248,000 nt of DNA from Hyalangium minutum (GCF_000737315.1 NZ_JMCB01000005.1:20001-268000); one strand, 5' to 3'. Positions 95,889 through 107,374 are shown, counted from the stretch's first letter. The notes: a model not told the origin generated them from the letters alone. Numbers and translations are program-made.

Positions 95889-97316
95889 GCGAGCAGCTCT
95901 CGCTGGCAGACCTGCATCAACCCGTGGCGGCCGAACCCCCCGCCGAACAGCGCGAGGTGAACGGGCTGCTCGTGGGCGAGCAGGGTGAGCGCCAGCCGCA
96001 GCGCCACGCGGGCGGTGAGGGGCGTTCCGTCCCTCCGCGCGAGCATGCCCAGGCGCAGGTGGCCGAGGGCAAAGGTGGGCTCCAGGTGGACGGCGCGCTC
96101 ATAGCGGGCCCGCGCGCTGGGCCCGTCTCCGGCCTGCTCGCGGCACAGGCCCAGCAGGTAGTTCGCCCCGGCGCCCTGCACCCCACGCTCGACGAGCACC
96201 TCGCTCAGCCGCTCCGCCTCCTGGAAGCGGCCGGCCTGCAGGTGGAGCGCGGCGCGCAGCAACTGCATCACCGGCTGCTCCCGCTCGGACTCGGGCAGCC
96301 CCTCCAGCCAGGAGCGGGCGTCGGCATAGCGCTCCTCCTCGAAGAGGCGCCAGGCGCGGGCCGTGCCCTCTGGCGTGGCCGCGGTGTCCTTCGGCCGGGG
96401 GAGGGAGCCCCCCAGCGGCGTGGGCATGGAGAAGGGAGCGGGCGTGGCGCGAGGCGCGGGAGTGGCCACGGGCGTCAGGGTACCGGGGCGAGGGGTGGCT
96501 CGCGTAGCGCGGCCGCGCTGGAAGTAGAAGGCATCGCCCGCCTGCTGTATCTCGAAGGACTCCGAAAGTCCCCGCAGGTTCTCGGAGGGGCCCAGGAACA
96601 GGAACCCACCGGGCGTGAGCGCCTGCTCCAGCCGGGCGATGACCCGCCGGGCCGTCTCGGGCGAGAAGTAGATGAGGACGTTGCGGCAGAGGATGACGTC
96701 GAAGGAGCCCGGCATCCAGAAGGGAGAGTCCTCCAGCAGGTTGCGCTCCTCGAAGACGACGGAGTCGCGCAGGTCTGGCCGCAGGGCGAACCCGCCGTCC
96801 GGCAGCGAGAAGAACCACCGCTCGCGCAGGAACTCGGGGGTGGAGCGCAGGGCCCAGGGCGCGTAGTGGGCCCAGCGCGCGCGGGCGATGGCGCGCGGGT
96901 TGAGATCCATGCCGGTGATGAAGAGGCGCTCGGCGTCCACGCGGGGGCTCTCGCGCCCGAGGATGGCCAGCGAGTACGGCTCCTCTCCAGTGGAGCACCC
97001 GGCGGAGAGCACGCGGGCAGGGCGGCCCTCGCGCTGCACCCACGGGAGGACCCGCTCCACCAGGGCCTCGAGCTGGACTTGGTGACGGAAGAAGTACGTC
97101 TCGCCCACGGTGAGGCGCTCGGCCAGGGCGCGCAGCTCGGGATCGCTGGGCCCGGCCGTCTCCAGCTGGTCGAGGTAGTCGTCCCAGCGGCGGCGGGGGG
97201 CCAGGTCGGCCAGGAGTGTGGCCAGCTCCTGCCGCGTCTCGAGGGCGGGCACCAGTCCGAGGCGCCGCTCCACGAGCCCGGCGAGCCGGTCGATGAGCAC
97301 GTCCTGCTCGCTCATG
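95870..97316 (-). CDS. cheR: CheR with TPR tail
   Basis: GETYFFR, SAGCSTGEE, CRNVLIYF. Confidence 0.9.
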
Positions 97317-97776
97317 CCGCACCTCCGGAGGAGGCCAGCCGGGACCACGCATCCGCCGGCAGCAGGCGGGCCGCGCTCAGCGCTCCGAGCAACTGGCCAT
97401 CCAGCGTGCCCAGCACCTCGAGGTGGCCGGACGCGGCGCCTTGCAGCAGCGGGGGAACGGCCCCCAGCTCCGAGGCGTTGAGCTCGCGCAGTCCGAGCAC
97501 CTCATCCACCTCCAGGGCCACCTGGCGCGCGGAGACGCGGAGCAGGACGAAGCGCCGGGGCTCGGTCGAGGCCGCGCCGCCCATCAGCGCCGCGAGGCTG
97601 AGCACCGGCGTGGGCTCGCCGCGCACCACGGACACGCCGCGCACGAAGGAGGGCACTCCGGCGACAGGGGACACGGGCAGCGGGCGCAAGGTCTCGATGA
97701 CCTCGCCCATCGGCAGCGCGCACCTCCAGCCGTGCGCACGGACCATGAGAAAACGTCCCGCGACTTCACCCGGCAT
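97312..97776 (-). CDS. cheW: CheW
   Basis: GVSVVRG. Confidence 0.8.
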   Translation of the reverse strand: MPGEVAGRFLMVRAHGWRCALPMGEVIETLRPLPVSPVAGVPSFVRGVSVVRGEPTPVLSLAALMGGAASTEPRRFVLLRVSARQVALEVDEVLGLRELNASELGAVPPLLQGAASGHLEVLGTLDGQLLGALSAARLLPADAWSRLASSGGAA

Positions 97777-97942
97777 TCCGCCCCCTCTGGCGCAACAGGG
97801 GCGTTATGACGGACGGTGAATTTCTCCGCCGTGTCATTTTCAGGACGGTGCCATGACCGTCCGAAAGCAGACAGGTAGGGATGACGGAATTATCCAGAGA
97901 ACCCGAATTTCGAGGTCAAAACGGCCTCTCCATTCTCGGCGC

Positions 97943-98431
97943 TCAAGAAGATTGAAAGCGGAACGGGTGGCGGACGTGGGTGGGATAGGAGGAGTCGGAC
98001 GCGCGGAAGATCCAGCTCTTCACCTCTTGGAGCACGCAGCTCGCGAGTTCACTGTTACCGGTGGTGTTGGAGGTCACGGTGGCGCCGAAGACGTTGCCGC
98101 CTGGGGAGATGTCCCACTCCACGATGACTTCGCCTTGAACTGCGGGGGACCAGGCGCGAGCGCGGGCGTAGCAGCTCTCGATCTGCGGCGAGTGGCTGCG
98201 GATGACCGCGAGGTACGGCTCTTCTTGGAAGGGGGGAGGCTGGCTCGGCAACTGAGGCGGGGGTGCATCGTCGTGGGGCTGGGAGGGCGCGGGCGTGTCG
98301 GGGGTGGGCTGCTGCGGAGGCGGAGGCCGAGGCTTCTCGGTGCGGGGAGGAAACTTCGCCTTGGCCCTGCCCGTGTTCGGAACCTGGTTCAGGGAGAGGG
98401 CCAGCAGTGCCATCGCCGCGACGTGGATCAT
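97943..98431 (-). CDS. AgmX/PglI-C (TonB-C-like) protein
   Basis: IESCY, GEVIVEWDI, CV...W.F..PF. Confidence 0.65.
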   Translation of the reverse strand: MIHVAAMALLALSLNQVPNTGRAKAKFPPRTEKPRPPPPQQPTPDTPAPSQPHDDAPPPQLPSQPPPFQEEPYLAVIRSHSPQIESCYARARAWSPAVQGEVIVEWDISPGGNVFGATVTSNTTGNSELASCVLQEVKSWIFRASDSSYPTHVRHPFRFQSS

Positions 98432-98518
98432 GCGGGCATGTCTAGCATAGGCAATCCGGCTTCATTCATGATGCGGCCGGGGCTGGAGCCTCTTCCAAGG
98501 ATCGAACAATGCCGGACC

Positions 98519-99312
98519 GGATGCCCGTGGTGTTCCTGCCGCACGGCGGCGGCCCCTGGCCCTTCGTGGACCTGGGCTTTGATGACAAGCCGGGCTTCGA
98601 CGCGCTGTCGGGCTACCTGCGCTCGGTGCGCGCTGTGCCCAAGACAGGGCCCAAGGCCCTGCTGGTCATCTCGGCGCACTGGGAGGAGCCACTGCCCACG
98701 GTGATGACCGCCGAGCGCCCGCCCATGCTCTACGACTACTACGGCTTCCCGCCCGAGTCGTACGCGCTCACGTGGCCCGCGCCGGGCCATCCGAAGCTCG
98801 CCGAGCGCGTGCGGCAGCTTCTCGGGGCGGCGGGGTTCCAGACGGCGGCGGACCCTCAGCGTGGCTACGATCACGGCACCTTCGTGCCGCTCAAGCTGAC
98901 GTATCCCGAGGCGGACGTGCCCGTGGTGCAGCTGTCGCTCAAGCAGGGACTGGATCCCCAGGAGCACCTGGCGATGGGGCGTGCGCTGGCGCCGCTGCGC
99001 GACGAGGGCGTGTTCATCATCGGCAGCGGGATGACGTTCCACAACCTGCGGGCGTTCATGGATCCGCGCTCGCGCGGCATTGCCGAGCAGTTCGACGCGT
99101 GGCTGCGGGAGTCGGCCACGCTGGAGCCGAAGGAGCGCGATGGCCGGCTGATCCACTGGGAGGAAGCTCCGGTGGCGCGGCTGGCGCACCCGCGAGAGGA
99201 GCACCTGCTGCCGCTGATGGTCATCGCTGGAGCGGCGGGCTCGGACCGGGGAACCACGGCGTACAACGCCACGTTTATGGGCCTGCGCCTGTCCGCCTAT
99301 CACTTCGGGTAG
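98519..99312 (+). CDS. DODA/LigB extradiol dioxygenase
   Basis: PHGGGP, SAHW, DHG, HPREEHLLPL. Confidence 0.88.
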
Positions 99313-99359
99313 GCGAGGGCGGACTGGGTCTCAGGGCTGCTCGATTCATCCCAGGCGCC

Positions 99360-100463
99360 TCACACCCCCAAGGACTCGCGCCGATAGGCAGCGGGCGTGG
99401 TGCCGGTCCAGCGACGGAAGGCACGGTAGAAATTGCTGACCTCCGAGAACCCCAGCAGGAAGGCGACCTCGAGCAGCTTGAGGTCCTTGTTGAGGACGTG
99501 CCGCAACGCCAGCTCTCGTCGCGCTTGGTCGAGCACCTCCTGGTAGGTGAGTCCGCGCTCGTGGAGCCGGCGTGACAGCGTGCGTGCGCTCATGCCCATC
99601 TGGCGCGCGAGCGTCGCCGCGTCAGGCACGGTGCCGCGCAGGGCCTTCCGGATGCGCTCGCCTAGCTCGTCTACCAGGTCCAGGGCTCGCGGCAGTCCCT
99701 CGATCCGGGTCTGCGCGAACCGGTCCAGGACCGCGGCAAGGTTGGGATCCGTCCCCTGGATGGGCAGCTCGAGCACGGCCCGATCGAGCTCGAGGCACGT
99801 GTAGGGCTGACTGAACCGCACGCTCGCGCCGAACACCCGTGTGTGCTCGAGGTCGTCCGACGGGCGAGGATAGGGGAGGGCGACGCCGCGCGGCGAGAAG
99901 GCCACCCCCGTCAACTGCTGGCCGATTCTCAAGAGCTTCGCCAGGATGAAATCGACCGCGTGGGGCGGGACCTCGAGCGGGGGCCGGTGGGAGATGCGAG
100001 CCATGTCGCCCTCGACCTCGAGGTGATAGCGGGCCCCGTCGTGCAGCAGGCGCTGCCAGCGGGTCAGCTTCTGGTAACACGTGGCGAGGTCGGGACTGTT
100101 GCGCATGCAGTACTCGACCAGATCGAAGGCCCCGAGCGGAACTGCTTGCGCCAGGCGGAGCCCCAGCGCGGCATCATTGAGCCGGCGCGGCACCTGCTCC
100201 CACAAGTCGACGAGGAGGGCGTGAGGCACCCGCGAATCGAGCGCCTCGAGGAGCGAGGGGTTGACGCCATGGTGCTCCAGCAGATCGTCAACGCGCACGC
100301 CCCGCGCCGCCGCCGCCTGGGTGAGCATCCTCACGAAGACCACGGATGCCGTGAAGCGAGCTCGGCGGGGCTCGCGTGGAGAGAGGGCGCTTCGAGACGA
100401 GTCCGAGGAAGACGCGGCCATGGAGAACGAGCTCAGAGCAGGCTCAGCGAGGTGGCGAAGCAT
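99360..100463 (-). CDS. AraC family regulator
   Basis: LLGFSEVSNFYRAFRRW. Confidence 0.88.
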   Translation of the reverse strand: MLRHLAEPALSSFSMAASSSDSSRSALSPREPRRARFTASVVFVRMLTQAAAARGVRVDDLLEHHGVNPSLLEALDSRVPHALLVDLWEQVPRRLNDAALGLRLAQAVPLGAFDLVEYCMRNSPDLATCYQKLTRWQRLLHDGARYHLEVEGDMARISHRPPLEVPPHAVDFILAKLLRIGQQLTGVAFSPRGVALPYPRPSDDLEHTRVFGASVRFSQPYTCLELDRAVLELPIQGTDPNLAAVLDRFAQTRIEGLPRALDLVDELGERIRKALRGTVPDAATLARQMGMSARTLSRRLHERGLTYQEVLDQARRELALRHVLNKDLKLLEVAFLLGFSEVSNFYRAFRRWTGTTPAAYRRESLGV

Positions 100464-100576
100464 GCCAGTCTTTTGGCGGCTTGGGCCAATGTGAGCGCGG
100501 CCTCGCCCTGGCAGATTGCCTCGCGCAACGCGGAGACATCACCACACCTGAGCAGCTCTCTCCAGGAGGACACACC

Positions 100577-101731
100577 ATGCGTCTTGGAATGCATTCGAAT
100601 CGGAGGCCCGGCAGGTTCACCCATGCGCTGGCGGGACTGTGCCTGCTGTTGGCTGCGGCTTGCGGCGCCGCGCTGCCTGGGGAGGAGGCGGTGGACTTGA
100701 GCACCTACGCCGCCCCCCTGGGCAGCTGCTCACCCGACGTGACGCCTCCCTCCGTGAGGTGCCAGCCCGAGGGAGGCATCCGGGAGTGCATCGCCTATGG
100801 CTACATCGTCCAAGATTTCGACCTCGTCACCGCGAGCGACAACTGCGGGATTACCTTCTCGAGCCACAGTCTTGGCAACCTCGGCGGAGTCGGCTCCACG
100901 AGCACCTCCGTCAGTTACTGGGACGCGGCGGGCAACGCCGCCGGCTGCTCGTCGCAGTGGTCCATCGTCGACAGCAGTCCGCCCACTGTGACCCTGAACG
101001 GCCAGGTGCAGATCGTCCTGGCCTATGGTGCTTCGTACGTGGAGGCGGGCGCCTACAGCAGTGACATCTGTGATGGGTCCTTGGACTGGCGCATGAATCG
101101 CTCGGGCGGGTTCAGCACCTCCGTACCGGGCATCTATCCCATCACCTACAGCGTGGCGGACTCGGTCGGACACGTCACCCAGCGCACCCGCCTGGTGACC
101201 GTGCTTCCCCAAACAGACTGTACGGCCCAGCTCGCCGCGCCGGTGCTCATGCTCCAGGGCCGTCATGAGGAGACGCTGGAGTGCGGCCGCAACACTTGGA
101301 GTGAGCCCGGGGCCCTGGCCGCGGATGCGTGCGGCGCGGTGACGGTGCACACCTACAACTCGGGCCAGGATCCGTACGGCCCTGGTCCCAACTCAAAGGC
101401 TGAGGGGCGCTACACAGTGCAGTACCTCGCGTGGAACGGGCAGGGGACGACGTCTGCCGAGCGCAAGGTCATGGTGCAGGACACCCTCCCGCCGATACTC
101501 CGTCTCAAGGGCCCCATGCGCATGACGCACACGTGCGGCAGCGCATGGGTGGACCCGGGTGTCCTGGCCACGGACTCCTGCTATGGGGATGTCTCCTCCT
101601 CCGTGCAGACCACCGGTTCGGTGAACGGATGGGCGGAGGGCACGTACACGGTGACCTACCAGGCGAGAGACCCCGGCGGCCACCTCTCCAACATCCAGAA
101701 TCGCGTGGTGGAGGTCGTCGACTGCCCTTAG
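100577..101731 (+). CDS. lipoprotein with Ig-like (DUF5011) repeats
   Basis: AAAC lipobox; D..PP.. L.G repeats. Confidence 0.7.
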   Translation: MRLGMHSNRRPGRFTHALAGLCLLLAAACGAALPGEEAVDLSTYAAPLGSCSPDVTPPSVRCQPEGGIRECIAYGYIVQDFDLVTASDNCGITFSSHSLGNLGGVGSTSTSVSYWDAAGNAAGCSSQWSIVDSSPPTVTLNGQVQIVLAYGASYVEAGAYSSDICDGSLDWRMNRSGGFSTSVPGIYPITYSVADSVGHVTQRTRLVTVLPQTDCTAQLAAPVLMLQGRHEETLECGRNTWSEPGALAADACGAVTVHTYNSGQDPYGPGPNSKAEGRYTVQYLAWNGQGTTSAERKVMVQDTLPPILRLKGPMRMTHTCGSAWVDPGVLATDSCYGDVSSSVQTTGSVNGWAEGTYTVTYQARDPGGHLSNIQNRVVEVVDCP

Positions 101732-102642
101732 AAGGCCCGATTCACCGCGTAGCCGCAGATCTTGTGTTCGGCTGTGTAGGTATTCGGGCCGGGATTCCCA
101801 TCGATGGGGCCCGTGTAGCCGAAGCTCCGGCCGACGGTCTGGACGCGAGTCCAGTAGATGTATCCGGGGATCCCATCTTCCTGCGCGGAGGTGCGAGGCC
101901 CCCCGCGGTTGTTCAGCTCGCGTGCGGTGATCCTCACGCGAACCTTCTCCGTGTTGGGCCCGGTGATTCCATCAATGGGCCCGGTGTAGCCAAAGTCGCG
102001 TTGGCCGACGGTCTGAATGCGCTTGTAATAGATGGGGCCAGGGATGCCGTCTTGCTCGGTCGTCGTTTGGGGCAGACTGCTTCCCCCTCCTCCCGGAGGG
102101 GCTCCGCCGCCGGCAATCCGGCCGCCCGCGTAGTCCATGGACCAGCCGAGGTACCGCGCCCCCGTCCTGCTCGAGTAGCCGGAGACGCTGTTGACGCCGA
102201 TGGCGTCTCCCCAGGACTCGGCAAGGTTCCGGGTGGCCATGAAGACAGTCGTGCCACCGCCATTGAGGTCGGCACCGACGTGACCGTAAGCACCGATGTC
102301 CCACCAGTGGAACGCCCCGGTGAGAGCGGTCGCGGGGTTCGTCGAGACGATCGTCGACGCGTGATAGGCCAGGATGGCGCTGTCACGGGCCGAGGAGGCG
102401 GGGAGCTGACCAAAGCGCCACATCAGCGAGCCGCACCACTGGTCCCACGAAGCGCCGTCTCGCTTGGGGTTGGCGGCAGCGTAGGCCCGTGCTCTGTCGT
102501 AGATGGGCGAGTTCAACTCGGCCGTGACGGTGCTCAGCTCGGCCGCGTCGGCAGCCACGTCCTCAGGGGGTTCGCCGCACGAGGCAAGCACGACGCTTGC
102601 TGACAAGAGTGCGGTGGTCCAAATCATTCGTTTCGAGTGCAT
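101728..102642 (-). CDS. lipoprotein, CHAP/NlpC-like domain + two peptidoglycan-binding-like repeats
   Basis: WC..., YGHV; two DGIPG..Y..R.QTVG..GYTGPIDG..GPNT repeats. Confidence 0.65.
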   Translation of the reverse strand: MHSKRMIWTTALLSASVVLASCGEPPEDVAADAAELSTVTAELNSPIYDRARAYAAANPKRDGASWDQWCGSLMWRFGQLPASSARDSAILAYHASTIVSTNPATALTGAFHWWDIGAYGHVGADLNGGGTTVFMATRNLAESWGDAIGVNSVSGYSSRTGARYLGWSMDYAGGRIAGGGAPPGGGGSSLPQTTTEQDGIPGPIYYKRIQTVGQRDFGYTGPIDGITGPNTEKVRVRITARELNNRGGPRTSAQEDGIPGYIYWTRVQTVGRSFGYTGPIDGNPGPNTYTAEHKICGYAVNRAF

Positions 102643-102885
102643 CAGCGATCTCCAGGTGTGCCGGGCAAGGGGTGGACGTGTGCTCTTCAAGGCGCCGAAC
102701 CTCGGGGCCACCGTGGGTTGTCGGCGGGAGGAGGCCATAAGTTTCCAGTCGCGGGCGAGGGCCCGGCGGCGCAGGAGGCGCGAACGGCCAGATCCCAGCG
102801 TACAGGGGCGCACTCATGTCGATTGTCGAATCGAGTTTCCGGGCTCGTGGCCGGCGCTTAATCCTCGTGCCGGAGGAATCCAAGC

Positions 102886-103989
102886 ATGGGCACGACAGAG
102901 GCAGCACTGCAGGCAGGGCTTGAAGGGGTCGTCGTCGCGGAGACGCGGCTGAGCGAGGTGGATGGCGAGCGCGGACGGCTGGTGATCGCCGGGAGTGATG
103001 TGGAGGTGCTCGCGGGCGCCGTCTCCTTCGAGGAGGTGTGCGCGAGGCTCTGGGCGCCGTACGCCCAGGGACCGCTTCCCTCCTCGCTCCAGGCAGCCCT
103101 CGGGGAGGCGCGCGTGCGGGCCTTCGGGCTGCTGGAGGGGCTGGGCAATGCCCTCTCGGCCGAGGACGGGATGGACGCGCTCCGGGCCGCCATGGCCCAT
103201 GTCCCCCTCCCGCCGGGCAACGAGCAGGAGACGTTCCTCCTTCTGACAGGAGCCGCCGCGGTGTTCACGGGCGCGTGGGCCCGGCGCAGGCGCGGGCTGG
103301 CGTCCGTGCGTCCGGATCCCAAGCTGTCCCATGCCGCGGACCTGCTGCGCATGGTCACCGGAGAGCATCAACCCGAGCGCGCCGCCGGGCTCGATGCGTA
103401 CCTGGTCACCGTCTCCGACCATGGCTTGAATGCCTCCACCTTCACCGCGCGCGTGATCACCTCGACGGGCTCGGATGCGGTGTCCGCCACGGTGGGCGCC
103501 ATCGGCGCGCTCAAGGGCCCGCTCCATGGTGGGGCGCCGGGGCCCGTGCTGGACATGCTCGACGCCATCGCCCGGCCGGAGAACGCGGCGTCGTGGCTGG
103601 AAGGGGAGCTGAAGGCCGGCCGCCGCATCATGGGCATGGGCCACCGCATCTACCGCGTGAGAGATCCTCGCGCTGCCGTACTGGAGCGCGCCATCGAGCG
103701 GCTGGAGCGCGGCGGGCTGCGGACCGACCGGCTCGCGCTGGCTCGGGCGGTGGAGCGTGCAGCCGAGGAGCTGCTCCGTCAGCGCTACCCGGATCGCCCG
103801 CTGCGCGCCAACGTGGAGTTCTACACGGCCGTGCTGCTCGACGCGGTGGGACTCGATCGGACGCTGTTCTCCACGGCCTTCGCCTGTGGCCGCGTCGCGG
103901 GCTGGCTCGGGCACGTCGCCGAGCAGCGGGCCACCGGTAGGCTCATCCGGCCCGCCTCCCGCTACGTGGGCACCATGCCGAAGGAGTAG
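102886..103989 (+). CDS. citrate/methylcitrate synthase
   Basis: DHGLNAST, GPLHGGA, GMGHRIY, NVEFY. Confidence 0.9.
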   Translation: MGTTEAALQAGLEGVVVAETRLSEVDGERGRLVIAGSDVEVLAGAVSFEEVCARLWAPYAQGPLPSSLQAALGEARVRAFGLLEGLGNALSAEDGMDALRAAMAHVPLPPGNEQETFLLLTGAAAVFTGAWARRRRGLASVRPDPKLSHAADLLRMVTGEHQPERAAGLDAYLVTVSDHGLNASTFTARVITSTGSDAVSATVGAIGALKGPLHGGAPGPVLDMLDAIARPENAASWLEGELKAGRRIMGMGHRIYRVRDPRAAVLERAIERLERGGLRTDRLALARAVERAAEELLRQRYPDRPLRANVEFYTAVLLDAVGLDRTLFSTAFACGRVAGWLGHVAEQRATGRLIRPASRYVGTMPKE

Positions 103990-104054
103990 GGCAGGGGCGG
104001 CAATGGCCCGCCGCCTCCGGCGTAGAGTCCTCCGCTAGCGTGTGAGGAGGAACG

Positions 104055-104729
104055 ATGGACCGTGTTCGCTCGAAGCCACCGTCGAAGCGGTGGGTGAAGT
104101 ACCTGGCCGACCTGGCCTTCTTGGCCATCATCCTGGTGGGCCGTGGCAGCTTCGCGGACCACTACCATGTGCCCTCGGGCTCCATGGAGCCCACGCTCCA
104201 GGTGGGCGATCGCCTCGCGGTGGACAAGAGCGCCTATGGGCTGCGCATTCCTCTCACCCACGTCTGGCTGACCGAGAAGTCCCCTCAGCGTGGGGATGTG
104301 GTCGTCTTCGACTCTCCGGCGGATGGCAACGTGCTGGTCAAACGCCTGGTGGGGCTCCCGGGCGACCGCATCGCCTTCGATGGTGTGAACCTCCTCCTCA
104401 ACGGCCAACGTGTGCCTCAGGGCTTCACGCAGGAGGACGCGCGCATCGAATATCTGCCGGGCGCGCCCCACCCGCTCCACCCCGAGCCCTACCAGGGGCC
104501 TCCCATGAGAGAGGTGGAGGTGCCCCCGCGGCACTACCTGATGCTCGGCGATCATCGGGGCAACTCGGCGGACAGCCGCATCTTCGGACTCGTTCCCCGA
104601 GAGAACCTGCTCGGCCGGGCAGCGGCTGTCTACTACAGCCCGCGCGAGGGGCTCTCTGGCAGCGAGCGCTGGTGGATTCCCCTGCGCGCGGCGGAGGGCT
104701 CGGAGAGCGACCCGCGTCTCACGCGGTAG
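104055..104729 (+). CDS. lepB: signal peptidase I
   Basis: PSGSMEPTL, VKR, GDHRGNSADSR. Confidence 0.88.
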   Translation: MDRVRSKPPSKRWVKYLADLAFLAIILVGRGSFADHYHVPSGSMEPTLQVGDRLAVDKSAYGLRIPLTHVWLTEKSPQRGDVVVFDSPADGNVLVKRLVGLPGDRIAFDGVNLLLNGQRVPQGFTQEDARIEYLPGAPHPLHPEPYQGPPMREVEVPPRHYLMLGDHRGNSADSRIFGLVPRENLLGRAAAVYYSPREGLSGSERWWIPLRAAEGSESDPRLTR

Positions 104730-104812
104730 GAGCGCAGGGGGATGCTGTATCAGCCAGCCACCCGACTGGTGTATGCAGCCGCATCCCCCCGTCGTATGCC
104801 TGAGGAGTCTCC

Positions 104813-105839
104813 GATGCGTCGTCTCGGTCCCTGCCTTCTTGTCGCGAGCCTGCTGGCCGGTTGCGGTCCTGCCCAATCCGAACCGTCTTTCACCCCGTCA
104901 CTCGATCGCGAGGCCGCGTCGCTCACCACCACGGACGTGGATGTGGCCCCAGAGTGCCAGGGCATCCTCACCTTCGTGAACACGGCATCCTTCGAGACAC
105001 TGGACGCGTACCTTCCCAGCGACGCTGCCAGCAACCTCGTCGCCCGCCGCTCGACGGCGCCCTTCGCGACGCTGGCGGAGGTCTCCGCCGTCAACCTGAT
105101 GGGCCCGGTTCGCCTGACCCAGATCGAGTCGGGTGCCCGTGCTCTCGGCTACATCGACAGCACCTGTGCCGGCATCCTGGACGAGCTCGCTCTCTCTTCC
105201 GATGACGCCGCGGCGGTGGTGTCCCTGGTGAACACCGTGAGCGCCAGTACCCTGTACGCTGTCCTGCCTCACGCGTGGAATGGCGCCACGAACCTCATCA
105301 ACCTGCGTCCGTTCACCTCGGCCCAGGCCATCTCCAACGTCAGCGGCATCGGCGCGGTGAGCCTGCGGAACCTCCGCAACGCCGCCACGATGGGGTACTC
105401 CCTGGAGGTGCTCGTCTCTGCGGTGAACGCCCTGCCCGAGGACGAGTGGACCGTGAAGCTGGATCAGTCCTTCGAGGTGGCAAATGTCATCGCGGGGGAG
105501 CATGGGAATGGGCGCAACAACGGGGGGACCTGCTTCGGCATCGACCCCAGCACCTTCCCGAGCACTTGGACGAACCGCCCGACGCTGGCCACGGCCACCG
105601 AAGTTCGCGACTACGTCGCGAGCGCCGCCTCTTTCGCCAACTACGTCCACAACTACCCGATCTCGAGTGAGGTCGTCACGGAGGGCCTGGCGAATCTCGA
105701 AACGCGCATCGCTGGCCGCACGTTCAAAGGCTGCCATCTCAGCTACAGCAAGGGCCCGTGGGGCGGCATCCAGGTTCACTTCTTCGTCGACACGGAGACG
105801 GGCTTCCGGATCCTGACGGAGCAGCACTGGGTCGAGTGA
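104813..105839 (+). CDS. lipoprotein with HhH repeats
   Basis: LAGC; VSGIGAVSL. Confidence 0.65.
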
Positions 105840-105849
105840 GGGGCTTGCT

Positions 105850-107286
105850 TCATTCCCACTCGTAGTCCAAGTCGAGGACCTTGCCCGCAGCGTCCAGACT
105901 GAACGTCCATTTCACCGAGATGTCCTGGCCATACACCACGCGGAGGATGCGCTTGCGCGGCTCGCTGTCCCTGCGGTCCTCGAGCAGGACCACTCGGCGG
106001 ACGGGCGGATAGAGGGCGCTGCCCGGCGTTCCGAAGCCGCGCAGCACCGGCACGAGCTCCTCCTGTGCGCGGGGCGCGAAGGCGGCCGCATCGAGCGTGC
106101 CGTTCATCACGCCCTCCACGACCCCGCGCAGCGTGGCGGTCAGGGCCGGCTCCGTGTCCGCGAGGCCCGGCGCGTCCAGCCCTGGAAGCGGCGGCAGGTG
106201 GAGGCTCGCGATGTTGCGTGCCAGCACCGGGAGGAGTCCCTGCTTGTTCGTCAGGATGATCACCGTGAGCTTCTGGTCCGGGATGCGAAGCACGTCTCCG
106301 AGCGAGCCACCCCCGCTGTGCCCGAAGGTCAGCAGCCCGCGCAGCTGGCTCACGGCAAACGCCACGCCGAAGCCGCCCGCGTGCCCGTCCTTCAGCTTGA
106401 GGGCGGTGGCGCTGGCCTGCTGCATCGCGGGGGTGAGCAGGGTGCCCTGGTCCATGGCCACGGCCCACTGGGCGAGGTCCTTCGCGCAGGAGAAGACCCC
106501 GCCCGCGGCGTAGGTGTGGACAGGGTAGAGGAACCAGGCTCGTTGGGGCACGCCGTCCACGAAGCGATAGAGGCTGGCGCGGCGCGGGATGACATCGGCG
106601 AGGCGTACCGGGCCCTCCTGCCTCGCGTGCTCGTAGCGCGTGCAGGAGAAACCGAGGGGCTGGAAGATGCGGCTGCGCAGCAGCTCCTCGAAGCGCTCCC
106701 CGGTGACCTTTTCCATGAGGTGGGTGAGCACGACGAAGTCCGTGAGCGCGTATTCGCTGCGCTCGCCGGGGGCGTAGGCCAGGGAGGTCTTCTTGGCGGC
106801 CTCGTACCGCTCGGCGGCGGTGGCGGCACTGCTGTCTTCATCGGGGAGATCCTTCAACCCCGACGCGTGTGCGGTGAGGTGCCGGACGGTCATCCCCTTC
106901 CAGGTCTCGGGCGCGTCCGGCAGGTATTTCGAGAGGGGCTCATCGAGGTCGAGCTTGCCCTCCTGCACGAGGCGCATCACCAGTGTGCCGGTGAAGACCT
107001 TGGTGGCAGAGGCGATCTGAAACGAGGTCTCGGGTCCCACCTTCGTCTCGGACTCCAGGTCCGCGAGACCGTACGAGCCGAGCCGCTCGACCTTTCCATC
107101 ACGAACGATGGCCAGGGCAATGCCGGGGACCTGGTTCTTCTCCATGACGGCCTGGAGGTAGGCGTCCACGGCATCGGTGGCCGAGCCGCCGAGTGTCTCC
107201 GGGGAGGACAGCGGTGGGTGCGTCGCACAGCTCGCCGTGAGGAGGAGGAACGCCAAGGCCAGCAGGTCTTTCGTCACATCCCTCAT
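105850..107286 (-). CDS. serine hydrolase (beta-lactamase class C-like) lipoprotein
   Basis: SATK, YALT, HSG. Confidence 0.85.
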   Translation of the reverse strand: MRDVTKDLLALAFLLLTASCATHPPLSSPETLGGSATDAVDAYLQAVMEKNQVPGIALAIVRDGKVERLGSYGLADLESETKVGPETSFQIASATKVFTGTLVMRLVQEGKLDLDEPLSKYLPDAPETWKGMTVRHLTAHASGLKDLPDEDSSAATAAERYEAAKKTSLAYAPGERSEYALTDFVVLTHLMEKVTGERFEELLRSRIFQPLGFSCTRYEHARQEGPVRLADVIPRRASLYRFVDGVPQRAWFLYPVHTYAAGGVFSCAKDLAQWAVAMDQGTLLTPAMQQASATALKLKDGHAGGFGVAFAVSQLRGLLTFGHSGGGSLGDVLRIPDQKLTVIILTNKQGLLPVLARNIASLHLPPLPGLDAPGLADTEPALTATLRGVVEGVMNGTLDAAAFAPRAQEELVPVLRGFGTPGSALYPPVRRVVLLEDRRDSEPRKRILRVVYGQDISVKWTFSLDAAGKVLDLDYEWE

Positions 107287-107374
107287 TGAACTGCTTCTAT
107301 CCCCGAGCTGTCCCGAGCAATTTTCACTCAGGTTGCTCCCGAGGGAGCCGGGTGCTTAGGTCCGGGCCGCCGCC

